A stretch of 61,315 nucleotides of DNA, the filler included, from Hausera hauseri (taxonomy: Eukaryota): the NCBI GenBank assembly GCA_046269625.1. It is 10 parts of 10 records of this genome, joined end to end, with 100 filler letters (N's around TTAATTAATTAA, not from the genome) between each part and the next. Parts side by side here need not be neighbours in the genome. Positions count along the whole stretch, not along the records: positions 19,772 to 26,406 come from JBJURY010066216.1; positions 26,507 to 32,968 come from JBJURY010098320.1; positions 33,069 to 37,297 come from JBJURY010687661.1; 7 more parts are not named here. The stretch is one strand, 5' to 3'. Shown piece after piece: positions 25,885 through 37,397 of this stretch (positions are counted from its first letter, which is position 1; each line of letters starts with the position of its first letter). Both the position numbers and the translations under genes were made by a program. The notes under the pieces were generated by a model. The model saw only the letters and a list, made by a program, of their open reading frames with translations, was not told where the DNA came from and did not search any database.

Positions 25885-26406
25885 CTGATGGAGCCAAACA
25901 GAACTGATGTCAGGCTGAAAAAACTGAATGCAGCTTTAAGTCATGACAGAACAACTTCTGCTCTTGTGGAAAAAGCCTGCGAGCAGCAAGTAATGTGACG
26001 GATACAAAGATCTGGATGTTCATTGACACTGATAGAAACATTAGGACTGTTTTGGTCAGACATTGGTGTGATCTGTTGGTGCTGTAAGTACAGTTTCAGG
26101 ATGAATCTCAGCCATTATCACAACAGTTTAGCTCCATTGATGAATAAATGTGAACCATCTCATCGAAACAAGGATCAAGTCCAAAAGTGTACTGTGGAGA
26201 AATATGCACAAAAATTGATTTTTTCATAATAAAATAAATTAATGCCTTATCAATGAATCATTTGTAATATAATCTCCCAAAAAAATTTGAGGACTTCTTT
26301 TTGTATGGCTTTTAAAGCCAAATATCTGAAAATGTAGTTAGGTCATTTTCACCAAATTTGACTTAAGCCTAATTTCGATATGACTGATCACATATGTAAT
26401 CGTTGC

Positions 26407-26506
26407 NNNNNNNNNNNNNNNNNNNNNNNNNNNNNNNNNNNNNNNNNNNNTTAATTAATTAANNNNNNNNNNNNNNNNNNNNNNNNNNNNNNNNNNNNNN
26501 NNNNNN
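26407..26506. other. Artificial contig linker
   Basis: N44-TTAATTAATTAA-N44. Confidence 0.98.
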
Positions 26507-27596
26507 CTCGTCTTTCTATAATGCTTCTGCACACGGGGCAATTTGTTGCTGGGATGGAACATAGCTCACATGTTTTTAGATGACCACATGGTAGGAAGAT
26601 AACTTGTGGTACGTTTACGTAACAAATTACGTATTCCAAATCGCGTAGATAAAGGTTATCCAGCACATTTCGTTCTAGTTTACTTTCTTTTCCCAGAGGA
26701 ATAAAATTCAGATTGTGAAGTAATTCGAATGCATTTAAGGACCAATCTGGTTGGGTTTCGGTTCGATATTTAGTGTATTGATATATATTTTCACGTTTTT
26801 CTGGATGTCTGGATATTATTGATGTAACCACTAGACTATATTGATAACTTTCCTATAAGTTTCCAATATCGAACTGTACTCGACATCGTCTCTTCGTATA
26901 ATTATCGGAAGTTTTATATATTGAATATTCACATTTATTAGTATGTAGTATGTTTGAACATCACTGATCGATATCTTTTAACCAATAGGTTTCTTTGGAA
27001 CATATAGTACATTTAACATACTGTGCTTCTTCCTTGAATATTAATACCAATTCTTGTCTGGCTAAATGTTTAATATCCTCGTTTCCTTTAAAAGTTCATT
27101 TTCTTTTCTGTACTGTATTTGACATCCAATATGCATTTTCCTCTGCTGTATTGTCTGTTGAATAAATTATCCGTGCTGGTATTGTCATATCATAGTCAGT
27201 ATCCTGATCCAAATCAGGTTTTCTAGTGAATGTATCTGTAAGAGATATGTTGCTTACATTAACGTTAAGTAAGTAGGGACAATTGCGATATAATTTCTTA
27301 TGTCTCCTTTGGTAGGTCTTTTATCTGTTCGTATTGGAATTCCCCCTGGAACAGGTGAATTTGAATGTCTTAGAAATGATATCTTTCTATTCTGCGCATC
27401 TCATGGAGTTATCCAATACCAACATTTTTGCATAATTTGTTAGTCTTTTAATAAACAGGGCCGGTCCATGTTGCCTATTTCTATAATGCACTAAATATTG
27501 TACTATACTGGGCTGAGATAATGTTGGAAAATCCTGCTGTTTACGTGTTCTATATTCTTCATTTCTGATTATTTCCTTTTGAGCTAAATTAGTCAT
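26507..27596 (-). pseudogene. Intronless IAP-like gene: degenerate BIR plus C-terminal IAP-type RING
   Basis: C-terminal VICYVNVPQVIFLPCGHLKTCELCSIPATNCPVCRSII is an IAP/MDM2-type RING. N-terminal NEEYR..DFP, MRCAE*, RHKKLYRNCPYLLNVNVSNI has the BIR H-x6-C-P-F/Y tail. In-frame stops. Confidence 0.6.
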
Positions 27597-27702
27597 GTTA
27601 CTTCTATGTATAATAGCACTAATATAAAGCAAAACAATTTATTCAATTATTCACAAATTTTTTACGGTAAAATATTTAATCCCGTTTTTGCAGATTCTAT
27701 TA

Positions 27703-28356
27703 CTACTTCGACACAAAGGACAGGAAGTTGATATTCCTAACCATTCCCGTAGACAAGTTCGACAGTGTTCGTGCCGACAACTTATTAATGACACGGGGTC
27801 GATGGAATACTGATTTAAACAGAGCAAGGTGATCCCACTGGCGTAAACTTTCCTTGAGGGTTATAAGTTGAGTAATTGGGTTGAACATCTTAAACAAATC
27901 ATCATCAATAACAAACTCCATTAACAAATATCTATTATATTCATTTATATTAACAATTATTGAAGTTCGTTTAGCATAAAAGGCCTGGGATTTCTGCATT
28001 CGCTATCATCCTCATCAATTATCAACGTAATTGATGGTCGGTTATCAACATATAAGTATGTTATCATTCCCTCGACTGTGTAGTAATCTGTATATTCGAG
28101 GCAGTTGGGGCACAATTGATAGGTTCTAAAATACTTTCTGATACAATTCTGGTAAAAACCATGTTGGCAGGGAAGTGTCGCTACGTCCTTCGTCACGAAT
28201 TGGAAACAGAGATAGCAAAAAATACATTCTTCGGCAATAGGGGCAAGTGTTTCGTTCTGCCAGCCACGTATTGATGCATGAATTGCAGTACTGGTGTTTG
28301 CAGGGTAGGATGGTTCTTTCTGTAATGTTATCCAGACAAATGAGACATTTTTCTAA
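27703..28356 (-). pseudogene. Tandem RING-finger ORF(s): RING1 28347-28234 and RING2 28217-28101, plus downstream unknown frame
   Basis: CLICLDNITERTILPCKHQYCNSCINTWLAERNTCPYC (C3HC4, absent from the ORF track) and CYLCFQFVTKDVATLPCQHGFYQNCIRKYFRTYQLCPNC, separated by a 1-nt shift in a T6 run. Confidence 0.8.
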
Positions 28357-28447
28357 ATAGAATATTCAGTCTTTATATAGTTACTGTTTTTATTGAATAT
28401 TATTTTATTCTTTTTGCTCAATAACACTCTTTATTATATGACATCCT

Positions 28448-28714
28448 TTATCTACATTTCTGTACTATAATTCTATCAACTGGAATAGTCAACAAAATAC
28501 TCCCAAATAATTCAAACTTCAAATTTATTTCACAAAAATTTTCGATATTGATCTCCGTCAATATCGAACAATTGGGACATTTCATCATGTCCTGGTCTAT
28601 GATTGTCAATTCGATGTCCACTTTTCCATAATTTTCACATGTAATTTCTCCATAATTCAAGTAAGATATAAAGCGGCACGTTGTACATATCTTTTCTATA
28701 ATGGTGGTGGGCAT
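28448..28714 (-). CDS. Small Cys-rich putative Zn-ribbon protein (88 aa)
   Basis: ATG start; CTTC, CENY and CPNC pairs; co-oriented with the RING cluster. Confidence 0.4.
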   Translation of the reverse strand: MPTTIIEKICTTCRFISYLNYGEITCENYGKVDIELTIIDQDMMKCPNCSILTEINIENFCEINLKFELFGSILLTIPVDRIIVQKCR

Positions 28715-28965
28715 AGTTTCTGACTAGCATTCACAAATGGGGTAATTGTCTGAAATACAATTTTGCATTTTCTAATGTCGATTGTCATCACCTTGTTCAG
28801 CTTACATTGTTCAATTTATAATTGTATTTTTTAATGCTAGTAACTTCAAAACTTTTATTGTGAATTTTATAACTTCATAAACTATTGTGAATTTTAAAAC
28901 TTTATAAACTCCAGTATTAATCCAGCCGCAGGGTTCACATTACACACGTCATATATACAGGTTGC

Positions 28966-29191
28966 TGGTTAGGGTACCCATCAGTTGGGTTTACAATGTA
29001 CAAAAGATGAAAGTAAGAGAAAATCAATAATAAAAATATATTTAGTGTCATTCAACAACGTAAAGTGTATATTGTTAAAGTAAGTATATTGTCAAAATTT
29101 GTCGCAGAATAAAGTATTTTATCGAAGTAGCATTGTCAAAATAGCATGATTCCATGGAATCAAAGTAACAGAATTTCATGGAACCCCAACA
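28966..29191 (-). repeat. LTR-like repeat related to the 43-kb LTR family
   Basis: Minus strand starts TGTTGGGGTT and contains TAAACCC..CTGATGGGTA as in 43401-43750; preceded by a purine-rich run. Confidence 0.5.
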
Positions 29192-29229
29192 CCTTCTATT
29201 GATTTTTCCCTGCTATACTTGCTGAATGT

Positions 29230-32200
29230 GACTGCGTGTTTTGTTTTTGTGCGGTGTGTTTGCTTGCAGAGGTTGAAGTTGGGGAAAAATTGCCTGATTT
29301 TGTTGTGTTGTGTTGTGCGTAGATGAGTCAGAATAAAGAGAAGAAGGTGAAGAAGGAAGAGAGATTGTTGAAGACGAAGGAATGATTAAAGGTGTAGTGG
29401 CGGATAAAGGAAGAGAGAGAGAAGTTGGAGTAGAAGTTGGAATTGGATTGTGTGAAATAGTAGAAGTGGAAGATGAAACAGAAGTAGTATTAGAGAGAGG
29501 AAAAGGGATAGGGATAGAAGTAGAGAGAAGGAAGTTGCGAGGTGGAAGTGATATGCGTAGAAGACGATATGTGAGGAGAAAGGGATTAAGAGTGCCTCAA
29601 AAATGAGGAAGGCGTGGATAGAAGGAGAGATAGAAAACGACGAAGAGGTACAAAACGGGAGAGAGCAAGAAGATAGAGAAGGCGAAGGAAAGTAGTTAGA
29701 AGTTGGTGTGCAAGAGGTTGAAATGATGAAAGAGGTGGATGGAGAGATTGGTGAAGTTGAAGTGGTGTTTGATGGAGGAATTACTGTAAAAGGAGAAAGT
29801 AGGTTGTTATGAGGGAATGAAAGGTGTGAAAAGGTTTGAAGGTGGAACATCGCACGGGTAAGAAAAGGCTGAATTGTGAGAAGAAATTGAAGTAAAAGTC
29901 TTGGGAGAAAGCGTAGACAAAAGTGGATTAAGAAATTGAGCAGAGATGGAAAGTGGATTGTTAGATTGCTGCGCGTCGTGTAAAGATGTTGGTGGAGAAG
30001 TGGTTTCGATGGGAGACGTGTCGTCAATGAAGAAGGCCGGCTTAGCGTTGTTGATGTGAACTGTTACTTTGTCGTCTTTGAGAATGATGATTTTGTGGGA
30101 GTGTAAGCGAATTACTTTGTAAGGGCCGACATACTGAGGTTGAAAACCACACGGCGTCTGATTCTTTAACCAAACGAACTTGGCAGTATATAAATCGTCG
30201 GGTATGCAAGGTTTATTTGCGTGTAAAAATCTGCAAAATGAGTCTTTGCTGATCTCAACGAAACGTCACTGTGCCGCTTGGACGGTTTCGTCTGTAGGAG
30301 TATTGTCCAGCTCAGTCAGCTCGAATAATGATCTGATGGAAGTGACAAATAATGCTTCTGCAAGTGAACAGCCTGTAGAAGGTGACGGTGTGTTCCGCCA
30401 GCCAAGCACAACGCACGGAAGGAGTGTAGTCCAACTGTGGTTGGACTCAGCAAGAATTTTAAGAGAGACGTTTTCATCGTTCGGTGAAAGCGTTCGAGAA
30501 AGCCGTTCGATTGGAAATGGTATGGTGACGTGTGAATGTGGTTAATTCCCAATCGATAGAAAAGAGCTTTGAACAGGTTGGATTCCAACTGTGGACCTTG
30601 GTCCGAAATGATGTGGCGAGGTGATCCAAACCTGCTGATCCAAGTGCGGATGAAAATGTCTGAGATGGTTTCTGTGTTGGTGCTGCGAAGCGGGACAGTC
30701 TCTGGTCATCGCGAGAAACAGTTCACCATTGTGAGGATGAACTGATGGCCGTTGTCTAAGGGTAGTGGGTCTACAAGGTCAATGAGAACAGATTCGGAAC
30801 GAGACGTGCAGGGAAAATGAAATAGTGGTGGCTTAGTAACTTTATATTATATATTATATATAAAGTGCTTAGTAACTTTATATTTTTGGCATGCCACACA
30901 CTGCCTAACCCATGCCTGCACGTCAGAGCGCATCGACGGCCATACTACTTGGCGTTGTAAGAGGCGAAAAGTGGCCTTTTACCAGAATGATGCAACGAAT
31001 GTACGCTGTGGAACGATTCCTTTTGAAGCGACTCAGAAAAAATGATTTTGGGATTATTAGGTTTGGAGGTGTCAAAGGCCACACCGTCGATGGTTTTGCA
31101 AGATTTAAAAGATTTAAGAATGTCAGGAGGTGGCTGGTTTTGTTGAAGTTTGGAATGAGAAAAAATTGGCGTAAAATTAATCGAGCTGACCGATCGGGAC
31201 AAAAGGTCAGCTACTACATATTCGACTTCGTTTAAATGCTTAATTTGAAAATTAAGTGTTCATAAATACGATATTTTCCTCTCCTGACGTTGAGAAGGCG
31301 ATTACATGGTGAGAATTTGAAGCAAGGGCTTGTGGTCCGTTTGTATGGTAAAAGTTCGTGCAGTTAGGTGATGTTTAAAGTGTTTTACAGCAAGGACCAT
31401 TGCAAGCAACTCTCGGTCAAAGGTGGAATATCTCTGCTCTTGTGCTGTGAATTTTCGAGATAAGAATTCCAATGGCATATGAGATCCATTTTTGACTTGA
31501 TTGAGGACAACACCTGTAGCTGTTGTGGTTGCGTCGATGGTTAAAAAGAGTTCGGCATGGGAGTCTGGATTTCCACAGTTTTTAAATTGTCTTTGAGGTG
31601 ATCGAAAGCGTTGACTAGTTTGGCGGTCCATTGAATAGGCTGTTTCTTCTTGCCAGAGCTTAGTAATGCAAATGGAGCGGTTAGAGTGGAACAGTGCGGA
31701 ACATACTTATAAATAAAGTGCAGGGTTCCGAGGAAAGAACACATGTCTGTTGATATACGTGGTAGTTGTATGTTTTTGAGCTGTGTGATGCGGTCTGGCT
31801 GAGGTAAATGTCCGGAGGAGCTGATATCATGTCCTAGGAAGTTGACTTTATGTTGAAAAAAGCAGCACTTAGAAAAATTGATTTGCAAATTGTTTTGGTG
31901 CAGGCGTTGGAAGATCAAACGTAGGTGTTCGGAGTGCTGCTTTGAGGAAGATGATGCAATTAAGATGTCATCAATATAGGGGTAGGCAAAGTCTAAATCT
32001 GAAAGAACTGTATCTATATGCCTTTGGAAAGTCTGGGAAGCACTACGGAATCCAAAAGGCATAAAGAGGTACTCGAAAAGGCCGAAAGGTGTAATGACAG
32101 CCGTTTTCGGAATGTCTGCTGGGGCCACAGGAATTTGGTGGTATGCTTTGTGCAAATTAATGCAGGAAAAGATGGTTGCACCATGGAGCTTGTGAAGTAT

Positions 32201-32968
32201 ATCGTTGATTAGTGGTAGAGGGTAGGTATCCATTGTTGTTACGGTGTTGATTTGGCGGTAATTACCGCATGGGCAAAAGGCACCATCTTCTTTGGGAACC
32301 ACATGCAGTATAGAAGACCAGGGGGATTTGGATCTTCTGATTATTCCTGATCTTTCCAGTTCAAGAAACTCAGCCTCCACTGCCTGTCTGCGACGAGGCG
32401 ATAGCGGACGTACATTTTGACGTATTGATCTCTGATGTGCTGTTACTATGTGATGAAAGGTGGATTGAGGTGGTACAAATGATTTGTCATTTTGCAACAG
32501 ACGCGTGCAGGAGGACGAAATGTATTTCTGTAGAACAAAATGCAACGATGACAAATTATCCGATGATGTCGATGCATCGTGACTGGATGCAGTTGAGGTA
32601 TGAATTATAGACGAAGTGTTGTGACTGGGTGGTATTTGGTTCAGGATGTTTGTGTTGAAGATGGTGTTGGCAGCTGTGCTATTAGACATAGGTTCCACGC
32701 AGTTGGCAATATCGTATTTATCACCGTAGTAAAAATTTCTGTAGAATGAATGATTATAAAAATAATTTAAATCGGAAGTCGTTTTTTTCAGTACTGACTT
32801 GCTGGAAACGATCGCTCGGGTGGTCATTGAAATGTTGCTAATTTGATTAAGATTACTTCCGCACTTTAAGGAACATCGCTTGCAATCTAAAAGTAAATTG
32901 TAGTGGGACAGAAAGTCTGAACCCAATATAGGTGTGCGTACATTAGCTATTGTAAATTTCCATGTGAA
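29230..32968 (-). mobile_element. Decayed CsRn1-like Ty3/gypsy pol (PR end-RT-RH-IN) with long Ser/Pro/Thr-rich 3' tail
   Basis: PILGSDFL, PCGNYRQIN, DIPKTAVITPFGLFEY, YIDD, YSTFDRELLA, TDHKPL, YHFQSNGFLERFHR. Clearly paralogous to 53960-57430. Confidence 0.93.
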
Positions 32969-33068
32969 NNNNNNNNNNNNNNNNNNNNNNNNNNNNNNNN
33001 NNNNNNNNNNNNTTAATTAATTAANNNNNNNNNNNNNNNNNNNNNNNNNNNNNNNNNNNNNNNNNNNN
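32969..33068. other. Artificial contig linker
   Basis: N44-TTAATTAATTAA-N44. Confidence 0.98.
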
Positions 33069-34689
33069 CAGCATAGTACATTATAATAATTGTTATATAC
33101 ATTGGCAAATGACTTATCAAATAGGTTCGCCTGGCCAATAAGACGTTTTATGAATTGATATTTTTAAGTGCCATGTTTCATGAAGTTTTACACAGTGGAG
33201 ATATGAAGGCTATAATAATAATTGCTCAATGCATGTGATCTTTATTTGTGTAGGAATTGAAACAATTTATTAAAAGTTAAATTATGGTTAGATATATGAA
33301 GCAAATAAAACGTGAACATAACTGAAAAAAGTATTATTAAAAAAGAAAATTAATAATTCCTCTAAAGCATATTGGCTAATCCCATTAAAATGCAAATGCA
33401 CATAGTCAATTTCCATAAACAAGTTATAAAGTTAACAAGGAACAAAACAAAATAGTGCAGTTTAGATGGAATTTTTAGGCAGTATGTCGCAGGGATTACT
33501 AAGCAAAAAAAGCAATCTTCATAAAAGACAGAACCACAGACATATATAGATTAATTAGCCAAGGTGTTAAAATAATATTTGTAATTTTATTAAACAGGCT
33601 ACGGTACAAAAAAAAAAAAAAAAACTCTCATCGCCAAGATAACCCTATTCAATAAAGTGTTATGAAAAGAATGGATCGTAGACACCATTGTTGATAGAGA
33701 TGATAATCATATTCTATGAGGGCTACATAATGCATTCCAGAGACTGGCATGTTTGCAGTATAAGAGAAAGCGATTCGTGAAGCTAACGTTCAGGTGAAGA
33801 CCTCGCAATGTAATAACAACGTACATTTTTGACGAAAGTTATACATGTAATATTTCATACGTATGCAAATTATGTAGGTTAAAATAATAATTATACAATA
33901 CCTGTGATCTTCGGTTCATTGGGAGCTAAAATGTTTTTAATGTACAATTATGATTATATGTATGAAGCAAATCAAACTTGAATATATTCGAATAAAACAA
34001 ATTAAATTAGAAAAAAATAATTCTTTCAGAACTTACTGGCTAATCGCATTCATTAGCAATATAAGAGAAAGTTATACGTGAAGTCAACGTTGAGCTGAAG
34101 ACAACACAATTATTTTAACACGACAATCCATGAGGCCAATCTTCCTATCCAACGTAATACTAATTTTACATTAGCAGAGTTTGCGACGACGTTGACTAAA
34201 AGCAGGTCACTTGATAATTATTATTATTATGACATAGTAATGACGATGATACGAATGTTATTTCAAAAAGACCAAAATGTATTGTGGAAAAAATGGAACC
34301 AGTTTTACATTATGGCTGTCATATCACATCTTAGTTACTGCATTTGATTCTACATTATAAAGACATGTCTTGTGGACCATTTAATAAAATGTACATTGAT
34401 GACATTCTATTTACTTATTTTGTAATATCTTATAAAGAAATGTAATTGATTTTATAACAGATGAAACACAATGGTGATATGCGTTTCAAAAGTTCGATAT
34501 GTCATATTATCACAGCTGTGTTCACTTTGCATTAATAGTAAGTCTATTTACACGCCTAAGCAGGCATATAGGCAAATGTACAGTTAGTGTCCACATATTT
34601 TTCTAGACATCGGCACATAATTGGGCTATGTTGTTAGCATAACGCCAGGCAGCCTTTACTTTAACAGAGAATTTCTCTGGTACCATCAA

Positions 34690-35150
34690 GAGCTGTCGAC
34701 ACGATCATTGTCGACCTGAAGGATGTCGACATGAAGGTTTCGACACAAACGTTGTCGACAAGAAAGTCACCAAATTGAAACGTCACCGTCATGACAAATT
34801 CGACGACATGAACATTGTCGATACGAAAGTTGTGGACATGAACATTGTTGGCATGAAGGATGTCGACATGAAAACTTGCGGACGTGAAAAAAATTATACC
34901 GTGAAAACTTACGCACATACCAAAGTCGCCAACATCAAAGTTGACGACATTAACCCAGTCAACATTAAGGTTTTCGACATGACAGTTGTCAAAATGAAGG
35001 TTGTCGATATGAAAGTTGTCGACATCAGTGTTGTCCACATGAAAGTTGTCGATATGAACGTTGTCAACATGATAAAGTTGTCAACATGAAAAAAGACGCC
35101 AATAGGAAAAGTCACCGACATGGCTAAGTCGCTGACATGAATACTCCCGA
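34690..35150. repeat. 15-bp minisatellite, consensus GTTGTCGACATGAA(A/C/G)
   Basis: Roughly 30 degenerate 15-bp units centred on GTCGAC; they generate the MKVVD and VDNFH repeat ORFs. Confidence 0.9.
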
Positions 35151-35569
35151 CACGTTCTCCGGTAAAGATGCATACGCATGAAGAAGACGACCTAAACCAC
35201 CTTCAAGTAACCTTATGATACCCAAACTTAACCGAAAATATGACACTTCCATGACCAAACTTTCTCCCATAAGCATGCCCAAGATTAAGACGACCTAAGC
35301 CACCTCCAGTACCCTTAAAAACCTAACTGAAAATTTACCCCATTAACAACACTACCAATTATACAACATGGCACATAACAATACCTAGATCTAAGACGCT
35401 TCCAATCGCACCTCATCAGCCCCCTTATGGGAGACAATACACCTAAGCATGGGGGTGTTGGAATGTCTTGGTTGCTAACAACCCTTATACGACAGGGCAC
35501 CTGCTGATTCCTAGACATAACACGCCACCCATGCTCCATCATCCCTTACTCTACATAACTAAAGAAAAT

Positions 35570-36075
35570 GAAATTACTCTACATAAATAATTTACTATAC
35601 TACGTCATCAAGATGCTGATGTCACCAATAGAAAATGATGATGATGGTATTTACATCATCTACTAACTGTCTTACATCTATTACAAAGACATCTACATGT
35701 CACCACCCCATCATCCCTCAACATAACGTATCTCACGTCTAACAAAAGAAAAAGAAATACGTCAATAAGATGCTGACGTCATCAAAAAGAATGATGATAA
35801 TTGTGTAGCCATCATCTACTACCTATTTATGTCATCAACAATGATGACGGTCTATCTGACTACATAAAAGCTTATACACATATTAACTTAACTAAATATT
35901 ACTAATGGAGGTGACGGAAGGTCTTGGTCACTAACAAATAATAAAACGTTTTAAGATACATGATAACACTACCACCCGCCCCATCTCCCCTACCCCTTAT
36001 TATTATTCGCCTATGTTATCTAACTATAGAACACTTTGTAATTACGTCATCAAAAGAATGATGATGATAAAAAAT
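35570..36075. repeat. Degenerate local repeat, about three copies (TACGTCATCAA..ATGATGAT..CATCATCTACT)
   Basis: Similar blocks near 35600, 35760 and 36043. Confidence 0.6.
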
Positions 36076-36099
36076 AAAATGCTTATATGAGTTATGAGC

Positions 36100-36640
36100 T
36101 GGATCATCGTCACTGCACTCGGACCAAGTCCATAGGTGCTCAGATCCCCGCATCACTATTCACCGCAGCAGATAGTCAACTATGCTAGCTCTGTGTTGAC
36201 TAACAAGTTGTCTTGCACGTCCGACATGACGCTCACGTTTGGCTTGGCCGTGTTTAATCCCTAGTTCTCGCGTGTTGACTAACAAGTCGTCTTGCACGTC
36301 CGACATGACGCTCACATTTGGCTTGGCCGTGTTTAATCCCTAGTTCTCGCATTCCGGAGATCGATGCTCTATCACGATTAGCGAGGTCTTCAGTCCGTCC
36401 ACACACTCTGAAAGTGTTGATGACATCAACACGATCCATTCGCTGACCGTCTGATATGACAGCTGAGCTGGCCAGTTGGTCAGCTCGCTGGTTGCGATCC
36501 ATACCGGCATGGCCTGGTACGAATATGAAGGTGACCTTGCGGACTGTAGACCACTGCAGTGATTCAAGCCACTGCCTACGTGTCCAGCCAGACTTTACCT
36601 TCTTAACCATGTTCATTGAGTCAGACATAATGAAAACGTG
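36100..36640 (-). mobile_element. 3' fragment of a non-LTR retrotransposon with an RNase HI domain
   Basis: IMSDSMNM..VTFIFVPGHAGMDRNQRADQLA matches the cellular-type RNase H motifs SDS and WVPGH.G..GNE.AD.LA; Cys/His remnant downstream. Confidence 0.75.
36193..36350. repeat. 79-bp tandem duplication
   Basis: 36193-36271 and 36272-36350 differ at two positions. Confidence 0.95.
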
Positions 36641-37297
36641 AGTTTGCTTCTGTGTGATAGAGTCTTAGTCGTTTAACCCATATACGCATCATGCCACATG
36701 CAGCCGACTTCGGTTCTGCCGCCCAAGCGGCGGCATGTCGAGGATTTTTATTTTTTAATTGAACAATCGTCAGAACCTTGTCATTCAGTAGGATAGGGAT
36801 AATCAGTAGAAGCGGCCGCTGGAGTGCGAGATGAGTCGGCAGAGCCCTGTCTGTTGCTAACGGGGAGCACAAAGAGCCTCTTGTGGGGGGGGGGGGGCTC
36901 TTTGATGGTAGGGTTGCCTTGACAGACACACATAGAGACTGCCGCCCATACTCCTCATAGAATCCATTATAGTACAGCCCTTACTGTGTCACCGATTTTA
37001 AGTAAAGACTTTCTGATCCTCTTTTTTCGTTTTATTTTTTTTTCCCTTTGGCTACCTTGTCATTTATTTCAAATAGATTTTTGCCAAACCACTTCTATGT
37101 TTTTCTTCTTCTTCCTTCGTTCACGTTGATCTATATCTGCAGATGTGTCTCCTTGATGGACTGCACAGTGTTTATCTTTCATAGTTAGATCGGACGTCCG
37201 TGTACGTTGTCGTGCGCGTTAAAATTCCATTGGCAGTTAAAAATCGAAAAAGAGTAGGCCTATTCGCCGCTGTCCGGACACAATTCTAGGAAAAACC

Positions 37298-37397
37298 NNN
37301 NNNNNNNNNNNNNNNNNNNNNNNNNNNNNNNNNNNNNNNNNTTAATTAATTAANNNNNNNNNNNNNNNNNNNNNNNNNNNNNNNNNNNNNNNNNNNN
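37298..37397. other. Artificial contig linker
   Basis: N44-TTAATTAATTAA-N44. Confidence 0.98.

Noticed and set aside
19772-26406. Horizontal transfer of RTEL1
   Set aside because: Isolated contig with signs of low-quality sequence; contamination is the simpler explanation.
15097-28714. pPolB and IAP/RING cassette as one endogenous virus
   Set aside because: They are on different contigs with different base composition; no physical linkage.
29382-30027. Glu/Val-rich and Leu/Ser-rich ORFs as independent genes
   Set aside because: They are alternative frames of the low-complexity retroelement tail.
34661-35121. Pentapeptide-repeat protein genes
   Set aside because: Overlapping ORFs on both strands are an expected by-product of a stop-free 15-bp minisatellite.
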